Shown in pieces: positions 52,296 through 64,000 of a stretch of 64,000 nucleotides of DNA. The translations under genes and the position numbers were made by a program. Numbering within the stretch: position 1 is the first letter of the stretch; every line of letters begins with the position of its first letter. A model generated the notes under the pieces. The model was not told the DNA's origin, ran no database searches, and saw only the letters and a program-made list of their open reading frames with translations. The DNA is from Dimorphilus gyrociliatus (lineage: Eukaryota; Animalia; Annelida): the NCBI GenBank assembly GCA_904063045.1, contig CAJFCJ010000002.1:3653891-3717890 (forward strand), read 5' to 3'.

Positions 52296-54075
52296 ATGAC
52301 AAAACTTGCGACGATTATATTTTTCTTATCTCTTCTTGATAACTGTTTTTCCGCTGTTCCTACTCTGACACCCGTGATATCTTCTAGCCCTCTATCAGTT
52401 CCCGAAAATGTTATAAACGTTGTCCTCGGTGTTACTTGGACTGCAACGGATCCTGATGGAGGCACAAGTTTTACTTATAGTCAAGACCTTACTGGTCCCC
52501 ATAGTGCATTTTTTACCGTTAACGCAGCCGATGGTAAAATTACTGTAAAGCAAGCCATTGATTATGAAAATACCTTATTTAATGGCAAAGCCTATGTTGG
52601 TGAGTCTCATCTTGTCATTAAAATCATTGATGATTGAAAGACTTTTAATCATTTAGCTGTCACTGTAAAAGATGCACAAGATGAAGCGGCAACAGTTAAC
52701 TTAACAGTTAATATCGTTGACGTAAACGAGTTCTTCCCCAGATTTCCACAGAGCTCTTATCGTGCTAATATATCTGAAGACTACAGATTGTTTTCATCTA
52801 TTTTAAATTTATCGGCAATTGATGAAGATGGTGGAGATTTCGGTGAACTAAATTACGTCGTTCGAGAGCCAGGATCATCCTACTTTCGAGTTGATAGCTT
52901 AGGTTTGCTTGTTGCTTACGTATCACTGGACAGAGAAACTTTTAGAAGTTTGACATTCAATGTTGTGGCACTGGACAAGTCGTTTAATAGTTCTACAACT
53001 TCGGTTACGGTGATTCTTCAGAATGTTAATGATAACGCTCCATATTTTACAGTAATCATTTTATTTAAAAAACACACTAATATTTCACTAATATATTCCT
53101 TACCATTAGACGTCCGTTATCAATATTGAAGTAAGCTCTAATGCGGAACTATATACCAGTGTTGGAAAAGTTACTGCAATAGATAAAGATGCCGAAGGGA
53201 CCTTATTAACGTATAGTGTGTACAACAAGACAACTGTTGATGATCATTTTTTTATGACACCTCTGGATGGTCAAATAACGACGAATAAAGTATTGGAGGC
53301 AGGAAAAACTTATTCGTTTTATGTTCAAGCGGATGACGGCGGTAAGCCAAAATCCTTTAAGAGCAAGTGCGTAGGCTTGTATAAAATTAATTGCATACTT
53401 ATTTCCAATATTATTGTCGTAATTAGCCCTGTTCTTGTTCGAATTGATACTTACAACGCTGAGGCTCATCAAACAGATTGGACAATTAGTGTTCCTGAGG
53501 GAACTGTGTTTACCCGAGATCATCATTCCCAATTGATGCTAAAACTACTGGCTGATCAATGTAAACCTTGCGTGCCAAAGTTAGCTAAACAAACAACGGA
53601 TAAAAATGGTGATCAAGTGCTGACCATATATTTTTTGAAAAATAACGCCACTGGTACGAATTCTTCAGTAGTTGGAAAACAGTTTATGACAAAAGAAGAA
53701 GTTTTAGAGAGATGGACTGATGATTCTGGAGCTCCAAATGCTAATGCAAAATCTGCAACACCAGTTCCCGGTACAGTTTTATCTTTGGGTCAAACTATTT
53801 ATACCGAACCAGAAAATTGGTGGCTTGATACACATGAGGGAAGATTTTGTATCTTCCTAATTTGTTTTGTATGTTTCGCTTTACTCTCGACTCTTATTGT
53901 GTTTTTATTGGATTGGTTTTGGTGGAATGCAAGACCGGCAAAAAGATACAATAAAGCTGTATTGAACCATAAAGGTCCGCCACCTGGAGCTGTTTCACCA
54001 CCACCACCACCACCTCCTGCTCCAGCTCCAGCTCCAATCATTGGCTTAGAGAGAGAAAAAGCAGTAGTGGAATAA
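52296..54075 (+). CDS. Short non-classical cadherin: signal peptide, 3 cadherin repeats, membrane-adjacent domain, TM, proline-rich tail; about 534 aa
   Basis: Exons 52296-52599, 52657-53051, 53110-53366, 53427-54075 (the last intron is inferred, 60 nt, in frame). PEN, ATDPDGG, IDYE, DVNEFFP, AIDEDGG, LDRE, NVNDNAP, AIDKDA, ADDGGKP; TM RFCIFLICFVCFALLSTLIVFLL; tail PPPGAVSPPPPPPPAPAPAP. Confidence 0.85.
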
Positions 54076-54766
54076 GAAATATACTTGATTACACAATACT
54101 TAGAAATGACATAATACGAGCTTTTAAGCAAAACTAAAAAATATACTGAATAATTTCCTCAAGCAGTACAGTATTATAACTTTTATGAGAAGGTAAACAG
54201 TCTTGTTTTTTCATGTAAAGTGCCGTATTATAATTAAATATTGCCATTCATAGTATTATTAGTAGGGCAAATATTCAATAATCATATAACGTGGTCTAAA
54301 ATCATAAATAAATATGAATAAGTCTAATATTGCATTTGATATCGCTTTTATTAATTTTATTAGTACTGTGATATCTTTTTTAAGTTGATTGTAGGTCAGT
54401 ATAAAAAAGATATTTTACACTTCCGGGATTATCTTTTAAAAATGTATGATCAATTCAATGGTTCAATAGCGGTAACAATATAAAAAAAAAAAGAGAAAAA
54501 CAAGTCTGACCTATGAGAAGGTTATAAAAAGAAAAGATTAATGATTTCTTTTCTTTTAATAAGTGATTTAGTTTCATTATGCAATGATTTCATACCAACT
54601 AATAAACATATATAAATGATCAAATGAAATATGAAAACTTTTAAGAGATTCCTCGTTTTCTTCATTTTGAAATACAAAATTGAGTTGAATATTTAAAATA
54701 TCTTAGTTAACTGTTTCTCTTTGGTCAATAAGTTGAAAGACAATGTTTATGGAATATGTCGTCATG

Positions 54767-54840
54767 GTTCGCCTGGAAACAGAGAAAGAGGAGAAAAAAA
54801 ATCCATAATGACAATGTTTGCAAAGCGTCCAATACATTGG
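54767..54840. promoter_or_regulatory. Candidate polycystin-1-like promoter: imperfect RFX X-box (GTTCGCCTGGAAAC, 54767-54780) and inverted CCAAT pair (CCAATACATTGG, 54829-54840)
   Basis: Located 60-135 bp upstream of ATG 54902. The X-box deviates from GTHNYYATRRNAAC in the core and at one arm position. Confidence 0.3.
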
Positions 54841-54901
54841 CGCAAATTCCTGCATTATTCATTAACGTTAGTCTTGAACATTCAGTAGACAGTCAACGGC
54901 C

Positions 54902-57900
54902 ATGAATTATGCAGTACATTGGCGTTTATTAGTTGTAAGTTTAATTATATAACTTTTTATTATATATATAAACTATGTATAATATATACATATATATATA
55001 TAAATATATATATATGTCTCTACTAATATATATATATATGTATGTATATATGTATATTACTACTCTTCTAATATATCAAGAAACTTCCGTTGCACAACTG
55101 TTTAATTGTACAACTGCAATTTCATGCAATATATCCCGTAACTTTTCCAAATCTTCTTCACCTTTTGCTATAATTCTTTCCAGTTGATCAACGGCTCTAG
55201 TATTTTCCTCTTCAAGAGTTCTCATATATTGTACACAAGCTATTTCATCTTTATCAGCGTGAGAACAATGAGATGGTAGACTATGTATTAGAGTATCAAT
55301 ATCCTTCATAGATTGAGCAATGAGCTTTCCGAATAAGGCGGCTAGCTCTTCTGCGCTTTGTTCACTTGGATGAGGAGAATTTTCTGCAGAGTTATGATTA
55401 TTTTGACTTTTAACTTTTATACTTGCTTGTTGTATACATCCAATAGCATTACAGATCTGATCAGCAAATATATTTATATAATCTTGAAGTTGAGTTAAGC
55501 GGTCAGACGCCATTTTCTTTTCGTGACGTCGTTCTTTTCGTATCGACCCACTTGTTAAAGTTTACCTGTTATATGTTTGCAAAAAATTATAACGGCAAAT
55601 AGAAATTCTAAAAAAAATAAGTATACCTATTGATTTATTAAATTGAGCGTTTTTTAAAATAATTTCGTCTGCTCTTATTTCAAATTCTCTTGACCAAAGT
55701 TTACAGTTTACTGATAAATTTAAATATGAATAAATAATCTGTTATTTACGTTTTTCACATACAAAATTCCACTCTAGTATTTTATAAATTGTTATAAATT
55801 TCTTATTTTAACAAATTATACTTTTAAATTCACAAATTGTATTTTTTATTCCAGGTTTTGCTTAGTATCTTGAATTCGCTACACTATTCTGGTAAGAAAA
55901 GTTGATGAAAATTTTCTTTTTATGCAATAAAATAAGTGGAAAGTTACCGAGGACATATAATAATAATCTAACAATTCATTGAACCTGTTAATCCAATGTA
56001 ACATTGATTTTTTATAGGAGGTCGATGAGAGACAAAAGATTTCGATCAAGTTGCTTTTATACAGTGTTGCGAAAAAAACAATTTTTCAAAGCGTAACGGA
56101 TCGAAGTCATATTGACATAGCTTTAAAAGACATTATTCCACGTCTCTTTTTCACTTAAAAAGAAAAAAATCAATGTCTAAAATTGACTATGTATCATGAT
56201 ATAATGCCATATAATTCACAATCAGACAGTTGCAAGAGCTATGTAATTAATTAAACCTAATTCGCAGTTAACTCAGTCTCTCTACTTTGAAAATAATCTC
56301 ACTGAAAGTAGAAACTAGTAAAAAGTAGCCTATTGTTACTATTAGAATTCTTTGAATAGATTGAGTCTTTTAATTGAAACAAAGAAATATATTACGAAAA
56401 TAGATACTAAAAAAGACTTTTAATTTACTTTCATTAGATTAGCCCTATATATTTCCTTCCTTCCTTTCTTTTAAAACTATAGTAAACAAATTTTATAGAA
56501 TCTTTATCCGGTTATTTGGGATGTTTTGAGGAAAATCCGACAAAGAGGCAATTCGCCACTTCACCTGGTAACTATGACGTTGATGATCTGACAATAACAA
56601 CATGTCGTATGAGATGTGGCGAGTGGCGTTTTGGGTTTGCCGCACTTACATCATCAAGCTTCTGCTTTTGTGCTAAAAGTTATTCGTTAGCAAATGTATC
56701 GGATTCCTTTTGCAGTCTGCCTTGTTCAGGCAATTCGTCGGAAATGTGCGGTGGTCACAAGCACATCTCTGTTTATGTTGCCCCACTTCCAATTGATGAA
56801 CTCCAAATTATATCTCGAGCAGGAGGCATTCATAGGGTATGGGATAAAGCAGAATTTAAATTTGATATTGCGGGGGGTCCACCACAAGTCCTCTATCGCG
56901 TCGACTACGGTGACGGAGATGGATTTACAGGGACGAATGTTACAAACATGTTGTCTAAATATTTTGGTCTACCTGGTGAATACATTGTCACTGGAGAGGC
57001 TTCCGATGTACACGGCTTAATCCCAGCCTCAAAAGCGGCAACCTATATACTTGTACAAGCTCCAGCAAAATATGTAAAAATTGAATGCCCCGAGAGTGTG
57101 GTTACCTATAGTGAATTTAGATGTAATGTCAGCGTAGTTTCTGGTTCATTTATGAATATAAAGGTCGATTGGAACGATGGAATAGTTGAGTCTTTTCCAA
57201 TTGCTGACTCGGTTTGGTTTGGAGCTGGTCCAGCTATTAGACAACATTCAGATATCGCCGAATCGTCAGTAGGAGGAAAAACCTATGTGCTACCAAACTC
57301 ACAATTTGAAGAGACGGGAGTTATTTTAGCTTTTGAAATGTGGGCTACGCAGGCTGGTCCCATAGAGCTCATTATCCTACGTCCAGTATGCGGTCCCTCC
57401 ATGAGCTATTGTTTCAAAACAAACAAGTGTACCTCTTCGCCTTGTGAAGAATATGGTTCCGTTACTTGTTCTACAGGGGAGCAATTTTGTCCTGTCAGGG
57501 GTGTTTGTCTAGCATCCGCATCGTCCAGTTGCCCATCAGCGAGTAATCGTTACAGCACTAGCTTACCAGTTTCCTATGAAGTAATCAAGAAATGGGCGTA
57601 CACAATTCCAAGTGAAGGTTACAACGTTATGGAAATAACTGATGGGCAGTTTGAAGTTGAAATGGGAGATATTATCGGATTTGTTACTGTAGGAGCAGGA
57701 AGAATAGGTACTAGAAGTAAAGACGTAACAGAAGTCGGAGATAAGGTAATAGCGACAGGAACGGTGACAGTTGGAAGTGTTTTAAGCGATTTAAGCCAGG
57801 TTACACTAACAAGTCCCGATGAAAGGCGACATTTACTGAGGGCAGCAGCATCTAAACCAGTTAATATAATTGTATTCCACACCTATACAACATCTAGGCA

Positions 57901-60900
57901 ATTTGATATTCGAGTTAACATTTCCAATGAGTATATTCCCGGATTTGATACCACTTCTTTAGGAATATATGCTCAAATGGGTATCGATCAAGTTATAGCT
58001 GACCATGTCGCAGTTGGTGGCATTAACAAAGAAGTCACTTTCAACATCTTACCCCATCTTGGAACAAATGTAACTTACAGGTGGAACTTCGGCGATAGCT
58101 TGACTACTGTGGAAACAACTGAACGTACTATTAAATATACGTTTAATGCCAGAAACACCTACAATGTTACAGTAGTAGCGTATAACAAATTGATGAGTAA
58201 AACAAATGTAAGTACCATTACCATTCAAGGAATTGTTGCTGATGTTGAAGTATTTTCATCTGTTGGCGAAACAAATAAAAATCACAATTTCTGGTTGAAC
58301 ATGACTGGTACTGACTATGTTTGTAATTGGTCTTTTGGTGATGGAAACGAAAATAGATCGACATGGCTAAGCATACCTTCAAACGGAGGTATTATGTCTC
58401 ATAACTATACTATACACGGAGTCCTTACTTTGAACGTTACTTGTTGGAATACAATTAGCAGAGATGAAACCCTTATACCGGTTTATATTTATGAACCCAT
58501 AACTAACGTAGTGTTAACGCCATCTGGAACCATAAGGGGAGATCCATATATGTTTGTTATTGAATACGAAACTGGAACGGACGTATCAGCAGAGCTGAGT
58601 GTTCAATCTCTGTCAATCGACCTTGCTCATAATACAGCTCTGAAACAATTTTCTTCAAGTTCTCAACCATCAATACCCACTGTAGGGAGAAAGCTAATTA
58701 CGGGCGCAGTGTGGAATCCTTTATCACGTATTGAAATTAAGCAAAATTTCTCGATTGAAGAGAGAATTACTGGATTTACTGCAAAGGTTACCCCAGACAA
58801 ATACGAAATTATTCAAGGTGATTCCTTGGATTTTACAGCACAACTATTCGGTGGAACTTCTATTCGTCTCGTCTTTGATTACGGTGATGGAACAAGTGAC
58901 AGTCATTCTATTCCCGATCTTACTCGTTGGACACCCGGTGATGAGAAAACTTTCACTCACAAATTCAGTAAACCGGGCATATTTACAGTTAATATTACTG
59001 CATCCAATTTCCAAAGTTTTTTCAAATCTTTTGAGATAACAGTCTTAAATACAGTTGATAATATGACACTTGAATCAAGTTCACCAGCTCCGTTTGTTGA
59101 ACCAGAGGGACTTGTTTACTTTTGGTTCCTACCAGCCACCTTTCCACCAGTGAATGCTGAAGTTAGATTTTTAGATTGGGGAGATAATACAACTACCACT
59201 AATAAATACGTTCCTTTTACTATGGACAAAAAAACTTATATGCATCCGTACAAATCCACAGGCAACTATAACGTTAAAGTTCATGTCAAGAACAAGCTGA
59301 GCGCTTTATTTTTAACTGTAACTGTCAAGCTTCAAATACCAATAACAAATATGATTCTTGATGTCAATCCAAAACATGCTCCAATTGGTTTACCAGTAAA
59401 TGTAGGTGTTAGAATGGATTCAGGTCTTGGTGTCCGTTTGATTTGGCATTGGGGAGATGGAACTAATTCAGACTATAAAACTAGGCACGGAACAACTCCT
59501 GGTGATTATGATTACGCAGAGCATATATTTAGCTCAATTGGAACATATAAAATTGCTGTCACTGGATACAATGATTTGGGAAATACGACTATTGAATATG
59601 TCATAGTTGCTCAACATCCAGTAACGGATTCTTTCCAATTTACAAGCAATGCTCCACTTTCCTATCCTCCTGGAGACGTGGATTTTACCTTAACATATCC
59701 CCCGTTAGAAATTTTGCCAACAGATGCATCCTTCACAATCGATTATGGAGATGAAGTAACCACCAAACCTGCTCCTTTGGCATTCAGCTCTCCAAGTAGA
59801 AGTGAACTTTTCCCATACGAATATAAAAAAGCTAATGGATGGATAGCTACAATAAAAATATTTAATCTTGCTTCTTCAAAAACTTTAACAGCTAGTGGTG
59901 GAGTCTTTGAAAAGATTGCCAATTTGAAAGGCAAAGCTCTATTCAGACCAGAAGTACCTGTTGATTCTCCTGACATTGTTGGATTTGGACCGGAGGAAAA
60001 TGTGTTTCCTTTTCATAGAGATGTTAAATTCTTCATGACATCGTTTGGTACGGTTGTAAAATATCTTGTTTCGGTATCAAGTGGCTCTGCATTACAAATC
60101 TGTAATAAGACAACTTCTCCAGTTACTGTTAGTTTTCCCGCTGTTGGAACTTATGATGTTAGAGTAACTGCTTGGAATCCCATTGGGTCTGTGGATTGGA
60201 AAACAAAAATAATTATTGCAGAGGCTATTCTTGATTTGGATGTTAGCGATGGTCTCATAAGAACCAAAGCCGGGCAGAGTAAGGAATTTAAAGTCGTGTT
60301 TGGTTCAATTGGCACGAATACATGTCTAAAGTTAAACTTTGGAGATGGTTCAGCTGATGTTGCCTACGGAACTACGGCGGATTGCAACGCTGCATATTCA
60401 ATGACTCCTAAAGGCAGCTTAACTAATCCGTTGAAAGTATTTCATGTTTTCGATAAAAATGATTATTACACCTTGAAAGCTGACGCAAAATCCCTATTAA
60501 ATTCCGAAGTTCGGACGTTTTCCTTCACAGTTTCAGCAGCTGATTGCGCCGCTCCATTGGTTGAAATTCAAGATGCTGTTACGAAATTTAGCGATGCTAG
60601 AAAAGTTTACAGAAAAGATTCTTTCCGTTTGGTTGGATTAACAAGTATACAATGTACAGCTACTTTAGATAATGTTAAAACATGGTCCGTGGAAGAGATT
60701 GATTCATCAACAGGAGTAACAAAGAAGAAAATTGATTTATCGTCCTTAAAATCAAGTGAAACGTCTGAACTAAATATACCTGCAAGATATTTGAATTATG
60801 GACTCTATAAAATATTTTTCAACGTAAAAATGGATAGCAAAGGTATACCAGACCAATCAACGTTTACTTCATCAGCTATCACGTATGTTCAAATAAGGGC

Positions 60901-63900
60901 ATCACCTCTAATTGTTCAAGTTATGGAAGGTGGAATGAATGTAATAACTAGAGGTTTTGGACAGGACATCACACTGGATGCTGCCAAAAATAGTATTGAT
61001 CCAGATAATCCTGAGAACAAGCAATTCGACAAGTTTTTTTGGATATGCAAAAGATCGGACGGTGAATACCCAAGGACCAAAGACGGTATTTTGGCGGAAA
61101 AGCCATTAACTCGGCCATATACTCTATCTGAATTAGCTTTACTTACTGATAAAACTGATAGAAGAGGTTGTTTTGCTTCTCAGCCACCTGGTAAAATCAA
61201 CATAACTGGTGGAAAACTTACCTTTAACACCAAGAACATGTTGGAGAATGAAACTTATAACTTTTACGTGAAGGTATTTAAAGGGGCGAGATCTGCTTAT
61301 TCATATCTTCATCTTAGAGTAGTAACTGGAAATCCTCCCAACGTTTTACTTGAATGTCCTTTTGGAGGTCTTTGCACTCCAACAAGTCTTGGTACATATA
61401 TATCTATTATATTTTCTAAATATTTCATTTTCCCAAACAATCAATTACTAACGTCAGTTTTTTATTATTTTAATAGGACAAAGGGTAAATCCTACTGAAC
61501 GTTTAGCACTACGAGGAACATGTACTAATTGTGCGGAAGGTCAAATATACAAACATGAATGGTCACTCTATAGAGAAGGCCTAAATAATGCTTGGATTAG
61601 AGTTGGTGATTTTACTCAGCATATTCGAGGTAAGTTAAAATGGATTATTATTATTATTATTATCCAAAAACAAAACAAAACAAAACAAGATAAAAGAAAT
61701 GAACAAAGGCTAATCACTTTTTTAGAGAAAGCCTTTTCTTTTTTAAACCAATTTTTATTTATTTTTTTTTTTACAAAAAAACAAAAAAAACATATTTTTC
61801 ATAATTTTTAATTTTGATAAAAACATTTTTTTAAAGGAATCAACGGTATGATTACGTCATCTTTAATATTTTAATTGTTGTTAGAATTTTTTTAGTATAT
61901 TTTGTGACTTGCTTATAACATAAGCTTTCGTATATTTTTTGTCAATTTCTATTAATATCTTTAATATTAATATAATCTTTTAACTTCTTATTGTTCTTTA
62001 CTCTTTTTTATTATCAATTTCTCACGATTTAATCCTGTTAATAGGAGCAGCATCACCGGAAATATCAATATCTTCGTCACTCTTTACGAAGTACTTAAAA
62101 ACTTCTTCAAAAGTTTTAAATTATAGAGTAAAGTTGGCTTTAACACCGATAAATGGAGGAACTGTTGGTGTGTCATATACAAATTTGATTATTAATGCTC
62201 CACCAGCGAGAGGTTCTTGTTCAATCGAACCCAAAGTTGGCTATGTTGTGCAGGATACTTGGAATTTGACATGTAAACATTGGTACGATGCTGATGGTAT
62301 ATCTTACTACCAAGTTGTAACAAAGATGAAAGGATATGATGCGGAAAATACTCTATACGTTGGATCTTCTGGAATAACGAAATTGAATGTACCACAAGGC
62401 CCCGCAGACGATTCTTATAAAGTTTCCGTTTATGTAAGAATAACTGATGGGTTTGGTGCAACAGTTACCAAGTTAGTTGGTATTGTTCAATCAAAACCTT
62501 TGGGATCTGCAGCTCTGAAGAAAGAGCTAAAAGCATCAGAAAAAATCATCAAAACGTTAGCTGCCGATGGCGACCTTCGAAAATCGTCAGTTGTTTATAT
62601 GAAATATGCCAGTGCAATGAATACTGATAGGGAAGGAGATGAATCATATTATGCAAACTATGGAGTTGAAGTTTCACCAGTGAGTACCAGACTCAACATA
62701 AAAACCAAACCAATTGTAAACGACAAAGTTAACGAAACTGTTAGAGAAGAAAAAGAAGCTGAAAAATCGAAAGAGAGAAATTTTAGATCTGAACAAAGGC
62801 AAACAATGCTAGTTTCGTTGGCTTCTATGCCTGCAAACACAATGAAGGATTTACAGCTAAAGGCTTCTACATTAAGTGAAATCACAAAATCACCTGACGA
62901 ATTAACCAGGGTATCCCAACAGAAGTTGATAGAAAGCGTTGAAGACTCGGTAAAAGTTTTAGACAAGCTTGTCAATGAATTTGCAAAAACTGAACTTTTA
63001 CTGTGTGTAACCCAATTGATCAGTACTTGCGCTGATGCTTTAGAATCTTTTGGGGTAACAGCTAATTATCCCCTCGAATCTGACATATTAGAATCAATAG
63101 ACTCAGTTTATTATGAATACGATACAACAATCTTTAAAAAGAGAAAGAGATTGGATGGAATCAATAAGGACAAGCAAAGAAGAGCTTTTAGAGTAGAAAC
63201 GAACTCTCTAAATCAAGAAGAACATGCTGGAGTTTTTGAGCAGAAAACGAGACCTGCCATTAACTCACTAATAGGAATTCTGAACAAAAGAGTGGTTCTC
63301 GGAGAAGATCCTTTGGTTATTAGAACGAATAATTTTGTCGCTAGTCTTATCAAAAATACAGCTGACAATACCTTGGCTGAACCATTCGTTTATGGTAGAA
63401 CTAGTTTGAAACTTCCTTCTTGGTGCTCTCTGACAAATAAGGTTTCATCGGCATGCAATCCAAAAGAGATCATTTCAGCAAGAGTTCTATCTTATGGTTT
63501 TAACCCTTTAACCCATGTATCGAATAAAGATTCTGTTCCACCTTCAATTTCAACAATTGATGTGTCAATTTTAGATTCTGATGGCAAAGAAATTCCAATT
63601 AGGAACTCGTCAGAAAAAATCAAATTAGAATTAGAGTTGGACCCAAAAACTGATGATGTAAAAGCGGCATATATCAATGCAAAATTGGGAAAACAATCAC
63701 TATTACTCCACAAGTTTAATGTCAATCTTTCTGACTCAAACATCAACATGGAAGTTATTCCCGACAACCCCAAGGTTCAATTTATTGGTTTCCTACGCTA
63801 CGAAAAAGCTCCAAACTTTACAGAGACTGACGTATCTTTTGATTACCATTTCCTATTTCCAAGTAAACTATCGGACGCAATAAAAAATTACAAATCAGTC

Positions 63901-64000
63901 CTAGATGGAAAAACAACTGGTAATAGAGTTGGAGTTTGGTACTTGGGCCTTAGACAATTAAACACTACAGATTATGATAAGTATATACCACAAAATATTC
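54902..64000 (+). CDS. Polycystin-1-like (PKD1/REJ family) receptor, 5' part: signal peptide, WSC, multiple PKD repeats, REJ module, GAIN region; truncated by the window end
   Basis: Exons 54902-54934, 55855-55891, 56499-61391, 61477-61629, 62045 to beyond 64000 (phases 0,1,1,1; last exon read open to the end). The first two exons join to give signal peptide MNYAVHWRLLVVLLSILNSLHYS. WSC (YLGCFEEN..CRMRC..CFC..CSGNSSEMCGG); at least 9 W/Y/F-GD-type PKD repeats; REJ motifs NPTERLALRGTCTNC, NAPPARGSCSIEP, CKHWYDADG, VRITDGFGA; GAIN-like GEDP, FNPL, GKEIPIRN, WYLGLRQL. Confidence 0.9.
54960..55060. repeat. Degenerate (TA)n/(TATG)n tract in the MED21 3' UTR and polycystin intron 1
   Basis: Read directly. 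Confidence 0.85.
55076..55513 (-). CDS. MED21: Mediator complex subunit 21 (SRB7), intronless, 145 aa, nested antisense in intron 1 of the polycystin-1-like gene
   Basis: MASDRLTQLQD..ADQICNAIG..AALFGKLIAQSMKDIDTLIHSLP..LEEEN matches MED21 over its full length. Minus-strand AATAAA at 54961-54956. Confidence 0.93.
   Translation of the reverse strand: MASDRLTQLQDYINIFADQICNAIGCIQQASIKVKSQNNHNSAENSPHPSEQSAEELAALFGKLIAQSMKDIDTLIHSLPSHCSHADKDEIACVQYMRTLEEENTRAVDQLERIIAKGEEDLEKLRDILHEIAVVQLNSCATEVS

Noticed and set aside
56018-56092. 75-nt AG..GT-bounded segment in polycystin intron 2
   Set aside because: It has an in-frame TGA at the fourth codon and a weak donor; it cannot be told from a cryptic exon without RNA data.
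38458-63773. ORFs antisense or out of frame to real CDSs (for example 38458-38889, 53799-54131, 57619-57882, 62658-62975, 63492-63773)
   Set aside because: These are shadow frames of long coding exons, with no independent evidence.
1-64000. CRISPR arrays, prokaryotic operons/defence systems, transposase or reverse-transcriptase ORFs, rRNA, U12-type introns
   Set aside because: The DNA is intron-containing metazoan sequence. No spaced direct-repeat array, TE protein motif, rRNA-like segment or GTATCCTT/ATATCCTT donor was found in the modelled introns.

Overview
AT-rich eukaryotic (metazoan) genomic DNA with spliceosomal GT-AG introns. The gene content, the protocadherin tail motifs and the very short introns (about 50-90 nt) suggest a compact-genome spiralian such as a small annelid; this is inference and the species cannot be fixed from the sequence. 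Left half (1-33 kb): one 7-repeat protocadherin (3224-19697, +) with multi-kb introns, then about 13.7 kb with no recognisable conserved gene. Right half (33-64 kb): eleven tightly packed genes, reconstructed exon by exon by hand. In order: calmodulin-like paralogue (-), chondroitin synthase-like (+), membrane-anchored chitin-deacetylase-like pseudoenzyme (+), OSGEPL1 (+), MTERF4 (-), HOOK (+), SRP19 (+), GLO1 (+), a short 3-repeat cadherin (+), and a polycystin-1-like gene (+, runs off the window) whose first intron carries an intronless antisense MED21. No rRNA, tRNA, CRISPR array or recognisable transposon was found. Most short ORFs in the supplied track are spurious or antisense shadows. 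Most notable: a near-perfect miR-1-complementary site downstream of the calmodulin-like gene, the nested MED21, the catalytically dead deacetylase, a 45-nt protocadherin micro-exon, and two candidate hidden transcription units in the gene-poor region.
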